64,000 bases of DNA, taken from assembly GCF_004010195.1 (NCBI RefSeq), contig NC_057751.1:18677543-18741542 (forward strand), read 5' to 3'. The first letter of the stretch is position 1. Every line of letters starts with the position of its first letter. The DNA comes from Chiloscyllium plagiosum. Lineage: Eukaryota. The notes beneath the pieces were generated by a model. The model saw only the letters and a program-made list of their open reading frames with translations, had not been told where the DNA came from and made no database searches. The position numbers and the translations under genes are program-made. Below are positions 12,064 through 24,239 of the stretch, one piece after another.

Positions 12064-13914
12064 CTAAAAGGGAAATAAAAATAATCAGGGAATATTCTGA
12101 GCTGATGCAGAGCAGAGTGAAAGACATAACTTTTCTGTGTTGAAATTTTCGTCGTTTCCCACTTCTTTAATGAGCTGCAAGAGGAGATATTTTGCTCAGT
12201 ATTTCTTTTCAATTTTCTATGGCATAAAAGGAAGATTGTTTATCATTTATTTACACAACACCAGAATTGAGAATTAAAAGCATGAGATCTATTTGAACGT
12301 CTGAAGTAGAATGCAGTGAAACAAGCAAGAGATAAAATGCTTTTTAATTCAGGGTACACAACAGCAAATGTTGGATCTAGCACCAGCTTGAAAGCTGGAG
12401 AGGACTGATGACAGTTCATTGCTTTCGAAATGTTCAGTAAACTGAGACACTGCGGTGTGCAAAGGCATAATGCATGAGGAATATGGGGATGGAATTAAGA
12501 CCTTGTAAGACGTTTGGATGGTACATTGGATTTCTCAAGAACGCAAGGATTATGAAACTGAAGTGAACACAGTTTGAGAGAAGCAGTTACTTTGGAATAA
12601 TTGATACAAGGAGGGATGTCTTTTCTTAATAATTCATGCATGCAAGATCGCGCTGTGCCAGCTTTTACTGCTCACTGAATATTGCTGGAAGACAATGAAC
12701 AAAGAAGCACATTTCTGGAGTCACATGTAGGCCGACCAGATTCCTCCATTATAGGGGACATGGAGAAAATTTGCCATTACTCTCTAGAGTTCATTATTTA
12801 ATTACTGAATCCAAATTTAATCTGCTATGATGGAGTTTGAATCTATGTCCATATATTCAGTGGCTCTGAGATTACGCCATCTGTGGTGCTACTAATGTGC
12901 CAACTCATTTACTTACAATTCAATGAAATGAAAGGAGATATTTGAAAGGATATATTGTAGCAGTGTTTCAGTCAATGTATTTTCTAGGAAATGCTTCAAG
13001 AGCCACATCAGCCATTAGTCCCTTTGACCACTGATGTTATTGACCAAGTAACCTAAGTGTGCAAAGCAAGTTTAATAATTCCACACTACCGATTTGGATA
13101 GGATTCAATTTCATTGCAGACAATCAGACCTGTGTTTCCTTGTTTTCTATGGGAACAACCATTTGAGGCTCAGGTTCAAAATTATGCGTTATCACGAACT
13201 ATGTTGTTCACAAATGTAATGTAAAACTTCGAAATGGTAAGAGATTGGTGGAAGAGACTGAGATACTGAAAGGAAAAAAGCCACAGGAGTGAGACCAATT
13301 TGAAATATCACTCAAAAAGACAGCATTCTGACAGAAAGTAAAAACACAGCTACTCTCGTGAATCATTGTGAATGGTTTATTAGTTGTGCAGCTTCTCCCA
13401 TCCATCTCAATAAATCTTTATTGCTATCTCTCCCTTTAATTTATTCTACGCTCCCCTCCCCTTCACTGTCTTTCGGGCACTTTGACCTGCCATTTCATAT
13501 CTCCATCTCAACTCTGTGAAACTCAGTCTCCACTCTCAGGCACAATTATTTCCTCCATATCGTTCTTCATTCTGTGTGACCTGTTCAACCTTCATTCTTT
13601 ACCAATCTGTTACCGATCTTGCTTGCTCTGCCCATATCTACATGTCCTCCTCGTGAACAATTGCTGTCACGGCACATACTCGACATTACTTTCTTCTGAA
13701 CTTATTTTAGTATCTGACGCTTGTTTCCCCTTATTTCTTGCCTTCCAAAAATCTGAAACTGCCTCAAAACACAACATTGTTAGTACCTATAGTTAATTTC
13801 CAGGTAAATTAAGCCCCAGAGTAGCTTCACAATATTTCCAGCTTCTTCAGTGTAATAATTAGGTTGGAGACGAACTAGTTTCTCACTGAAAATGCCTCCA
13901 AAAAAAGTTTTTTG

Positions 13915-14075
13915 GTGGCAGTATGGCTCAGTGGTGAACACAGTTGCTTCACAGAGACAGAAAACTCCGATTAATTGCAACCTCGGGCAATTTATGGAAT
14001 TTACACATTCTGCCTGTGTCTGCGTGGGTTTCCTGCGGCTTCTGCAGTTTCCTCACAGTCCAGAGATATGCAGAG
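13915..14075 (+). mobile_element. HE1-type V-SINE fragment
   Basis: GGTGGCAGTATGGCTCAGTGG A-box-like start and the V-domain GTGTCTGCGTGGGTTTCC. Confidence 0.6.
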
Positions 14076-15731
14076 TAGATGGAGTAGACGTTTATGGGTG
14101 CCAAGAATATCGATAGGTCTCCGTTCTAGTATGGCGATATCGATGACCAAATCCTTCCACCAGGCATCAACTATGCGTTTGTTTCACTGATAAGTGAACA
14201 CCTTGAGCTGAGAAAAATGATTTGAGGTCCAAGAGCATAGAAGCTGTATCTCTGCTCTCAGCAGTAAGAGTTTCAGTCATTTTAAAGGAAACAAGTTCAT
14301 ATTTTCTTTAGTTGTGCTTGCAAGCTGTGATTTTGAACTAATAACTTAAGGATTTCAGTCAGTGACCAAGCCATAATAATGTTGGAAGCATGGGGAGAAA
14401 ACAAAAGTGACATTGAAAAATGTTTTCGCTAGCATCTGAAACAAAAGGATCATCTAAGCAAAGAGTGAAGTGGAACCACTGAACTTGCTTCAAATTTCGT
14501 TTGTTTCTAATTCATTTGTCTGTGTCTGCTGGCTTGTCGCCATAAGAATAAGGGAGATTTTGTTTGCTTTGGAAAGGCAATCAGAAATTATACCTGCAGA
14601 GTAACATTTGACGGTTGATCGCTGCTTTCATGGCGTTAAAGTCTAAGTACTTGCAATAAGTAGTGATCCATGTTTCAGTGGAGACCTAATCCAAGCTTTG
14701 GATCAACATGAGTCTGAAAATCAGTTAAACCTGGAAAGTTTAAGTGAATACTTTAAAATCGTGAAGTTTTATTACAACACTGTAACAAGTTCCGATTGAT
14801 TTATAGGATGATACGTAATGAATTGTGACAGGCAATGACATGTCAGTGACAAAGAATATGCATGATGAGAATAAGATGAGCGTATAATTTTACTCTGATA
14901 TTGGGATAAAATATATATACTCCAGTGGTCTGCTTTACAGACCTCAATGTGATCATGACATTTTGCTTCAATTATATAGTAGCGTGTTTACAAAACATTG
15001 AGGTCATTGTGTACAGTTTCCTCTCCGTTTAGAAGGAAAGATATCATTGTCATCGAGGGTTGACCATAAAATGTATGCTATAATTGCACGACAGAATGAA
15101 ATGATTCTCCTATAAAGAGTGATTGTGCAAAATTAACCGGCAAACTTTAAAGTTTCGAAAAATTAAAGGTGATCTCATTGAAGCTTATTAGCAATTGACA
15201 GTACAGACAAGATAGATGCTTGTAGATGAAGTTCAACATCAGAGGGATGCAACCGACGTATGTGAGTCAGAGAAAACTTTTATTATTATTCAGACAATAG
15301 CAAAATGTTGGAATTCTCCACCACAGGGCACTGCAGCGACTCATGTCTGAATATATTAAGTCATAGAATGATAATTTTCGGATTTTCAAATTTGTCAGAA
15401 CTAAATGTGTTCAATCAGCCATGTTCGTGTTGGTGTTGCATGGTAAGGTCGATGTGCTAAATGACTGAAGACTCCTCACATTTTCCAGTGCTCTTCAGAG
15501 TACACCTTTCCAATGCGTGCGATTCATGGGGCCGCAGACAAATCTAACCATCGCTGCATCATCGAACTTAGGGATGAAGGTTCTCTTCACTATGCCTAAA
15601 TCAGAGATCCCGTGAGGGAAGAGATTGTTACAATTATGTCACCATCACTGAAATAGTTGATGATCTTGTCCAGTTCATCAGTGCCAGAATGGCCTTTGCT
15701 GCTGGAATATCCATTTTTATAGGTTTTCTAA

Positions 15732-16630
15732 TCATTTAATGAAATTAGAAATTGCAATGAAGGGAGATGTCACAAAATGTTTCAGCTGAAGCCTGAACTT
15801 TGTTTGGGTCACAGCATAGATGCCAGTGTTTGTGCAGCAACTCAGGAGTTGCAACATGAATCCCATTTCTTGAACAAATTCGTGGAGATACCCAGTACTG
15901 TAGCCCAACCATGACATTCTGTACCATATAGAATAGACCATGAGCATGGCCCATAAGAGGATGAAATTCGCAGATATAACAAAGAGTAGAATTATGGATT
16001 TCCTCCGGTTCTCAATCTCTGGGTCTCTGGGTCTCTCTTTGTTGCTGCTAGCCTTCAGTCTTGTGCGGGCTCTGCTGGCCATTAAAATATGTCTGACAGT
16101 CAAAGCATTAAGCAGCAAGATAAGAACAAACGGGATGCAGGGATTCAGAATGTAGTGAATCGTTTCGATGACTATCCAGGTCTGTGATAGCAAAGCCATG
16201 ATTGTTACAGCACAAAACCAGGGGCTGTGGCCAAGCAAATATCTCTCAGTTAACATAAAATACCAGAAAATATTTTTTGAAAAGTTTACTATAATCAGTG
16301 TTCCCAAAACAATAACTTGAGTTTTCTCAGTGCAATATTGGCACTTCAGTTTCAGACAACAAATTGCCACAAATCTATCAAAGCTGAATGCAACAGTGAA
16401 CCACACTGAACAGTCTGTCACTGTATAAAGCAGGATGGCATGGACGTTACAAACAGGGATGGAATACAGAAAATAAAAATGTTCCCGATAAATAATTGGA
16501 ATATGTCTAAGCATCAGGTCAATAATAATAACTAATAGATCCGCTGCTGCCATGGTGGATAAGTAACGAGTGATGCATTTGGAGAGACCACACTTCCCAC
16601 GTGAAAGAATGTGAATCGCCATTAGATTAA
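15732..16630 (-). CDS. GPR139/GPR142-like class A GPCR (gene A), coding exon 2 (end of TM1 to C-terminus); spliced product 369 aa
   Basis: Acceptor CTTTTTCTTTCTTGCAG|TTAAT joins exon 1 in frame (GVP-V-NL). Uninterrupted ORF with MAAADL (TM2), PVC, DCSVWFTVAFSFDRFVAIC (TM3), PCIPF (TM5), NFILLW (TM6), SCCTNTGIY (TM7), KFR helix 8, and TGA at 15734-15732. Confidence 0.92.
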
Positions 16631-17199
16631 CTGCAAGAAAGAAAAAGCTGAGCAGAATTATAAATTTCAAGCATTCGGTTTTAATAATTAGGTTTGTATA
16701 ATTATTGTGAGAGATTCTTAAATAGGTTACCTTATTCTGCTAAAAGTGCAAGTATTAAATTAAAACTCTAAAAATCATTAAGTATACAAATGATAAGCTT
16801 CACTGCTCAAGGCAAGAATTGTTATGTAAGAAGCTAAATGGGAAATTAATTTGAAAAAGAACAACACACGTAAATTGGTCACAATAACACCTTTGATTAA
16901 TCTATTTTTTTTCTTTGTGAATTGTGCAAGTGGATGGGAATTCTTTGCTCACCATCTTCGAAATTTCTTCCTGAAATATGTTCAAACAGTTCATTATTCT
17001 ATACAGAGCAGTTCTAAATAGAAGAATTTTTTTTTTTAAAACAGGGAGCAAAATTATAAGGATATATGCAATTCGAGATAATTGCAACTACCAGGTAGGT
17101 CGTACTGAACAGATTATTGGATCTCTATTTTTATAAGTGTGTGTGACTTTATAGTCTTTATTCTAATCTTCAAAGACGTGCCAAGTGAAAGAGTGGTGC

Positions 17200-18830
17200 A
17201 TCAGTATTAATTATCTCAAACTTGAAATGGTGTGGACAAAGGTTTGGGAAATTAAGAGAAAAATGTGAACTTGTCCCTTTTGTGTGGAAGAATAAAAGTA
17301 AATGTTACCTAAATTGTGAAAGATTTCGGGATTCGAGGATTCAGAAGGATCTGGTTGTGGGTGGCATGTAAAAGAAAGCAAGTATTCATGAAAACTGATA
17401 CAAATTTTCTTTCATCACACGGATTATTGAATCTAAAAGTAAAAGGATTTACTTTAATGAACAAAGCATCAGTGAAACTGCAACTGGACAACGGTGTTCA
17501 CTTTTGGTCTGATTTGAAGAAGGATGCAGCTGAAGTGAAGGAAATTCACTGGCCATTTGGAACTAATATTTGGAATGAATAAGGAAAGGTTGAACAATTT
17601 AGCCTTTTATCCCTCACAATCTCGATAAGAAAAGCTTAACTTGGCAGAAGCATGAAAGATCTTCAGCAGTCTTGATAGCGTACACGTGGAGAGGATGTTT
17701 ATATGCATGGCATAATTTCGATCATTGTTCAGAAACCAACATGAGGGAAATGTTTTTTCATGCATTACGTGAGCCTTAGAACCTTGCGTGTTAAAATAAG
17801 TGATATAACAAGAACTTTTAATATTCTTGAAGGCAGAGCTGCAGAGATGTTTTGACAATTAAATAGAAGGAGACTGGAAAATGGAAATGGACTGGAAAAC
17901 AGACTTGAAGCTATACTGTTATGCGCCATGAACTTGGACAAAACTGAAAGTGCTTCTGGGACGATTGACATTTTAAGACGCTATTTTATTCAAGCTACTG
18001 TTTCCAAATAAACCTGTTGGACTGTAACTTGATGTTGTGTGATTTTAAAACTTTGCCCACACCAGTCCAACGCTGGCGCCTTCAAATCACAGACAAGGGA
18101 GTATATGTTCATATGTAATGTGAGTACAAATCAGTCTGGTCACACCAGCAATGCAGTTAATGAAAAATATTGTGTACAACTTTTGACAAGCATTTTCAGG
18201 GTCAAGTGCAAGACGATTATGATTTACTCTTTACCAATCTCAAACCCGTCGAAAGCATTTATCAGACCTGATTTGTGACATGGTGTCCATTTCTGAGACA
18301 CGCAACTTCGCAAAGAGTGCACATCTTTAGTGAACACATGAAATACTGCTGCATAAATGTTCCCAGAGTTTGAAAATTCGGTCTCCAAGGAAAATTTTAA
18401 CATTTTGTAAGCTCACATCTTGAGATGATTAATAAAGACGCATGCTTAAAAATATCATTCTTGCACAACAAGTTATTTGGAAGTTAACTTGCATAACAGA
18501 AACATGAATGAAGTAGGTTAAATTATATCTCTGCTATAAACATCAACACTATAAACATTAGTGCGAGACTAAGAGCGATACAGAGAAAGAGAGATGAGGA
18601 CTGCAAATTCAAGTGCATGCTGCATCCAATGAGCAGAAGAATTCTATGAGATACAATTGCTTCTGATGGTGGGTTCTCATTCCGGGGAAAGGGATTAATA
18701 CTTTTGCGAAAATTCTGTATCAGCCTCTGAGTATGATTGGGATTTCTGGCAATGTAGACGTGATTTCAGATCATGATCGATGGTAACTAATTAAAATGGG
18801 AGAAAGAAGGACCATGAAAAAAAGTGCAGA
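17200..18830 (+). mobile_element. Old CR1 fragments and a PLE 3' end (~17990-18090) within the gene A intron
   Basis: Decayed VHFWS-type CR1 C-terminal pieces. TTTCCAAATAAACCTGTTGGACT is shared with the PLE end at 48530. Confidence 0.5.
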
Positions 18831-19058
18831 AGAGTTAGCAAAGCAAATTATTTGGTTTTGAGAATTATCAAAGCTCCTGAGAGAGCAAAGAGGGAGCGAG
18901 TCACTTGGAAGATTAGTAAAGCGGTGAGCAATCATTCTCAGCTCTATGAGCTAGATGTAAATAATGGTCAGGAATATTGATAGCAATAAAGATAAGAAAC
19001 AATTGCTCCAGTCATGTCACGTAGTTTAAAGATACAATGGCTGGATAGAAAAACTTAC

Positions 19059-19269
19059 CAGGCACACCAACAACAGCAAGTATGGGATAATAAATGTATT
19101 TTACAATCCGAAGTGCCCGATAGATCCGTGATACTAACGTCAATGTATCATAATTCACAATGAGGAGGTGAACCTCCGAAGAGAATCCCTTGCCATCAGT
19201 TGGAAAATTCCAGTCTGCTGCTCCGACATTCCAAACACTTGAGGATGCATTCCCAGCGATCCTGTTCAT
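19059..19269 (-). CDS. GPR139/GPR142-like class A GPCR (gene A), coding exon 1 (N-terminus and most of TM1)
   Basis: First in-frame ATG at 19269 (A at -3; in-frame TAG TGA upstream). Encodes MNRIAGNASS...IVKYIYYPILAVVGVP (70 codons + 1 nt), with an N-glycosylation sequon NAS. Ends at the canonical donor CCTG|GTAAGT, phase 1. Confidence 0.85.
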
Positions 19270-20046
19270 ATTGTCGAATATTGCTGCAAAGCTCAATTCA
19301 CTGATTCCAGATCGTACACCTTCACTCGTTTGTTCCACTATATCGTACCCTTTCCCCCTTGCTCACTATTCCTCTCTAAAACTGTGCGATCTCTGTTTGT
19401 TATTTGTATAATGTTCCCACGTGAACTACTACTTAACAGGCTAAACAGGCTAAACACGAATCACAATCCCCCCGTGACCCAATTAGTGTTATTTGAATCT
19501 GACATTATATGCCATCGCGGAGAATGGATTCAGTTTACTTAATCAATTACAGCACTCCTTTTATTTTTTGTGGAAAACCGAACTAAATTTGTCCAGTGCC
19601 ATACTATGCAGTAAAAGAGAAATGAAACTTAGAAAACACATATCTGGATTATGTTAGAAAAGCAGTGATGTATTAATAATGGCACCAAAACAGTAATTAA
19701 TGCAGCAAATTACTAATTTTAATGTTATTATAACATGTGGTGAAATTAAACATCAAATTATAGATTTGGATCTGCAAACAACTCTGAATAACTTTGTAGA
19801 AACATACATCTGCTTGGCAGCACAGCATATAGAGCTCTGCAGCGGAGAAACGACCATTCAAATCATCATCTCTCTGTTATTCAAAACTGAGTACATGATG
19901 ATTGTCAAGCCATTTTCGAGTACTTGGTCCTTCGCCAAGTACGCCTTAGCATCTAAATACTTATTCAATGTTCTAAGGGTTTCTGTTTCTACTGCCCACA
20001 TTTACCAGAAAATGAGTGCATGATTGAATTTGGGACGCAGGCTCAT

Positions 20047-20200
20047 GGGCAGCACGATGCCTCAGAGGATTGCACCGCTTCCTCACACCGCCAAAGACAG
20101 GGGTTCGATTCCAGACTCGGGTGGCTGCCTGTGTGGCGTTTGTGCATCCTCGCTGTATCTGTGTGACTTTCCTCCAAGTGCTCCAGTTTCTTCCCACAAT
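20047..20200 (+). mobile_element. HE1-type V-SINE 5' fragment
   Basis: tRNA-like head with B box GGTTCGATTCC and a partial V-domain. Confidence 0.65.
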
Positions 20201-20209
20201 CTCAAAGGC

Positions 20210-22090
20210 AGTAAGAGTGTAGTTAAGAAGCAAATCCGGAGGGCAAAAAGACAGCATGAGATAGCCTTTGTCAAAGATGGCAAAGGAGAATCCAAAAGGT
20301 GTTTTTACAAATACATGAAGGCGTAACTTTGGAGAGAATAGGGCCCCTGAAAGATCAACAAGGCAGCCTTTGTATGCAACTGCAGAAGATGGGGGAGTTT
20401 ATAGACGAGTATTTTGCGTCAGTGTTCACTTTGCAGAAGCACATAGCAGATGTAGCATTGAGGGAGTTAGATGGTGACGTCTTGAATAAATGTCCATATT
20501 TCAATGGAAGTCCTGAAACGCATAAAGGTGGATGCATCGCCAAGGACGTGATCAGGTGTAATCTAGAACTCTGTGGGAAGTTAAGGATGTGATTGCTGGG
20601 CCCCTCGCTGCGATATCTGTGTCATTGATAGTCTCAGGTGAGTTGCTGGAAGACTGGAGATTGGCTAACTTTTTACCACTATTTAAGGAAGGTGCTAAGG
20701 ACATGCCGATGATCTATAGACCAGTGACCCTGATGCTGGTAGTGGCCAATCTGTTGGAGGGAATCCTCAGGCTCAGGATTGACACATATTTAGAAGGGCA
20801 AGGACTGATTAGGAATACTCAACATGGCTTTGTGCATGTGAACCTGTGTCTGGCGATCTTGCCTGAGTTTTTTGAAGAAGTAACAAAGAGGATTGATGAG
20901 GGCAGATATGTGGACCTGATTGATGTGGACTTCAGTAAGGCGTTCGACATGGTTCCCCATAGGAGACTGTTTAATAAGGTCTGACGTCATTGAATTTATA
21001 TTAGCTAATTTGAAATAGCTAATTTGGATGCAGAACTGGCTCAAAGGTAGAAAACAGAGGGTGAAGATTTGCTTTACAGAATGGAGGCCTATGACCAATG
21101 GAGTGCCACAAGGATCGATGCTGGTTCCACTTCTTTTCTTCATTTACATAAATAATTTGGATGTGAATATAGGAGGTATGGTACGTAAGTTTGCAGATGA
21201 CACCAAAATTGGAGGTGTAGTAAACAGCGAAGAAGGTTACCTCAGATTACAACGAGATCTTGATCAAACGGGCCAATGTGCTGATGAGTCGCAGACGAAG
21301 TTTAATTTATATAAATGTGTGGTGCTGCGCTTTGAAGAAGCAAATCAGAGCAGGACCTACTCACTTACTAGTAGGGTCCAGCGGAGTGTTGCTGAACAAA
21401 GAGGTGTGCAGGTTCATAGCTCCTTGAAAATAGAGACGCAGTTATTTAGGATAGTGAAGAAGACTTTTATTATGCTTTATTTTATTGCTCAGAGTCTTGA
21501 GTATAGAAGTTGGGAGGGCATATTGCGGCTGTGCAGGCCGTTTGTTCAGCCACGTTTGGAATGTTGCGTGCAATTCTGGTCTCCTTCGTATCAGAATGAT
21601 ATTGTGAAACCTGAGAAAGTTTAGAAAAGATTTACAAGGATGTTGCCAGTGTTGGAGAAATTGAGCTATAGGAAGAGGCTGAATAGGCTGGAACTGTTAT
21701 CGTTGGAGCATCAGATGCAGAGTGGTGACCTTTTTGACGTTTATAAAATCATGAGAGTCATGGCTATGGCAAATAGAAAATGTCGTTTACCTGGGGTGGG
21801 GGAGTCCAGAACTAGAGGGCATACGTTCAGAGTGAAAGGGTTAAGATAGATGACAACTATTTCACGCAGAGGGTGGTGTGTAAATGGAATGAACTACCAG
21901 TGGAAATGATGGAGGCTGGTACAATTGCAACATTTAAAAGGCATCTGGATGGGTATTTGAATAGGAAGAGTTTAGAGGGATATGTGCTATTTGCTGGCAA
22001 ATGGGACAAGATTAGTTTGTGATATCTGTTCGGCATGGACAAGTGGAACCGAAGGGTTTGTTTCCATGCTGCACATCTCTCTGACTTAAT
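20210..22090 (+). mobile_element. CR1 LINE, RT region to 3' end, with stops
   Basis: EDWRLAN, YRPVTL, QHGF, DFSKAFD, GVPQGS, FADDTKIGG and CVQFWSP. Confidence 0.92.
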
Positions 22091-22713
22091 AAATCTATGT
22101 GCAAGTTCGATGAATTGTCCATCTTTTTTTCATTGTGTTCAGGGATGTATAAGTTTAGATGCATTAGTGTGGGGATGTATAGTTTTAGGAGGATGGCAAT
22201 GGGTCTGGGTGGGATAATGATCGAAGGGTTAATGTGGACCAATTTGGTCTAAATCGCCTGTTTCACATTGAAAGGATAATGTGATTCTAATTTAAAAGTA
22301 CAAATTTACAATGACTGATCTCAGAACAGCATTTCCTAAATCAACTAGACTTCCCGTGGTTTCTGTTAGGTGAAAAAATAATTTAAAATATAAGAAAAAA
22401 ATCAGGGAACCACAAATTTTAGAACATCTTAAATTTCCTTTCAGTGCTCACTTTATGGAATTACAGTAGGTGTAGCGAACGAATAACCTGAGTATTGGCA
22501 CAATCTCTGCCTACAGTAATGGATACAGAGTGTCATTTGCACATCTCATACAATGTTCAAGTAAACAGATATTATTCCAAGCAGAAACTATTACTTCATT
22601 GTTTGCTTTCCTCACAACTAAGTAGTAACATTTGTGATCTTGTCCCGGAAAAAGTGTTCTCTCCGAATGTGTCTTTCGCTATGGATATGGCAATGGCAGA
22701 TCTCCTGGTGATT

Positions 22714-23472
22714 ATAGAACATAGAACATAGAAGAATACAGCGCAGTACAGGCCTTTTGGCCCTCGATGTTGCCCTGATCCAAGCCCACCTAACCTACAC
22801 TAGCCCACTATCCTCCATATGTCTATCCAATGCCCACTTAAATGCCCATAAAGAGGGAGAGTCCACCACTGCTACTGGCAGGGCATTCCATGAACTCACG
22901 ACTCGCTGAGTAAAGAACCTACCCCGAACATCTGTGCTATACCTACCCCCCCCCCCCCTTAATTTAAAGCTATGCCCCCCCGTAATAGCTGACTCCATAT
23001 GTGGAAAAAGGTTCTCATAATCAACCCTATCTATACGCCTAATCATCTTGTACACCTCTATCAAGTCACCCCTAAACCTTCTTTTCTCCAATGAAAACAA
23101 CCCCAAGTGCCTCAGCCTTTCCTCATACGATCTTCCTACCATACCAGGAAACATCCTGGTAAACCTCCTCTGCACCCATTCCAGTGCCTCCACATCCTAC
23201 CTATAGTATGGCGACCAAAATTGCACACAATACTCCAGATGCGGCCGCACCAGAATCTTATACAACTGCAACATGACCTCAGAACTCCGGAACTCAATTC
23301 CTCTACCAATAAAAGCCAGTACGCCATATGCCTTCTTCACCGCACTATTTACCTGGGTGGCAACTTTCAAAAATCTGTGTACATGGACACCAAGATCCCT
23401 CTGCTCATCCACACTACCAAGTATCCGACCATTAGCCCAGTACCCCATCTTTTTGTTACTCTTACAAAGATG
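22714..23472 (-). mobile_element. CR1 LINE 3' end (relatively young)
   Basis: (ATAGAAC)n tail. VRPHLEYCVQFWSP...RGDLIEVYK...FFTQRVVSSWNALP. Confidence 0.92.
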
Positions 23473-23594
23473 CACTGGGACAGCATTCCAATGTTGTCCT
23501 ACTTCTCTGTAGTTCAGGCACTGACAGCCAGCTGCATGACATTAACATGAAATCTCCAAATTAGCAAAGAAGGTGGCTTTTTCAACCATCTGGA

Positions 23595-23745
23595 TAACGA
23601 ATGTCCTTTAGGGAAGGAAATCTACCATCATTCTGCAGTCTGACCTCTATGTGACTTCTGAAACCAGTTGATGTACCTTGATTCCTAATTGCTCTCCAGC
23701 AAGCCAGTGAATTCAAGGGCAATTTGGGATGAAGAGTAAATCTCC
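23595..23745 (+). mobile_element. Probable Deu-domain SINE fragment (related minus-strand copies at ~12630-12900, 37030-37330, 39180-39420)
   Basis: AATGTCCTTTAGGGAAGGAAATCT...GTGACT...CAAGGGCAATT resembles the DeuSINE central domain as I recall it. Confidence 0.45.
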
Positions 23746-23883
23746 GACATGCCTCTCACTCACCTCCCATCTTGCTGATGATCCCTACTAAATGGAGTCC
23801 TTATGAGAATCACAGAGTTTACAGCATAGAAACAGGCCCTTTGGCCCACCATGTCTATGCCAAATGACAAAAACCAAACAATT

Positions 23884-24222
23884 GGGGTGGCACGGTGGGA
23901 GTACTGCTGCCTCACAGAGCCAGGGACCCAAGTTCGATTCCAACCTCGGATGACATGTTTGTGTCGAATTTGCACATTCTCCCTGTGTCTGCGTGGGTTT
24001 CCACTCATTGGGTGCTCCGGTTTCCTCCCACAGTCCAAAGATGTGCAAGTTAGGTGAATCGGTCATGTTAAATTGCCCGTAGTGTTCAGGGATGTGTTGA
24101 TTAGGTGTATTAGTCAGGGGTAAATATAGAGGAACGGGTCTGGATGGGTTACTCTTCGGATTGTCAGTGTAAACTTGTTGGGCTGAAGGGCCTGTTTCCA
24201 CACTGTAGGGAATCTAATTCTA
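23884..24222 (+). mobile_element. HE1-type V-SINE
   Basis: tRNA-derived head, V-domain, and CR1-like tail GAAGGGCCTGTTTCCACACTGTAGGGAATCTAA. Confidence 0.85.
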
Positions 24223-24239
24223 ACACTAATCCAAGTCAT

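Noticed and set aside
15279..15284. AATAAA polyadenylation signal for gene A
   Set aside because: A plausible position, but it lies in AT-rich decayed repeat and has no transcript support.
16631..16670. ORF-track start MKFIILLSFFFLA as a signal peptide or single-exon gene
   Set aside because: It begins at a TTG and is the translated polypyrimidine tract of the intron. The true N-terminus is exon 1.
17030..17100. Alternative exon 1 within the gene A intron (AYILIILLPV)
   Set aside because: No ATG, no YYP/GVP motif and no canonical donor.
19270..19338. N-terminal extension MEQTSEG...
   Set aside because: It starts at GTG. The first ATG, in good context, is at 19269.
19340..19710. Olfactory-type promoter motifs (O/E and homeodomain sites) upstream of gene A
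   Set aside because: Only short common words (CACGTG, TAATTA, a 9-bp tandem) were seen, with no convincing O/E site. These are expected by chance.
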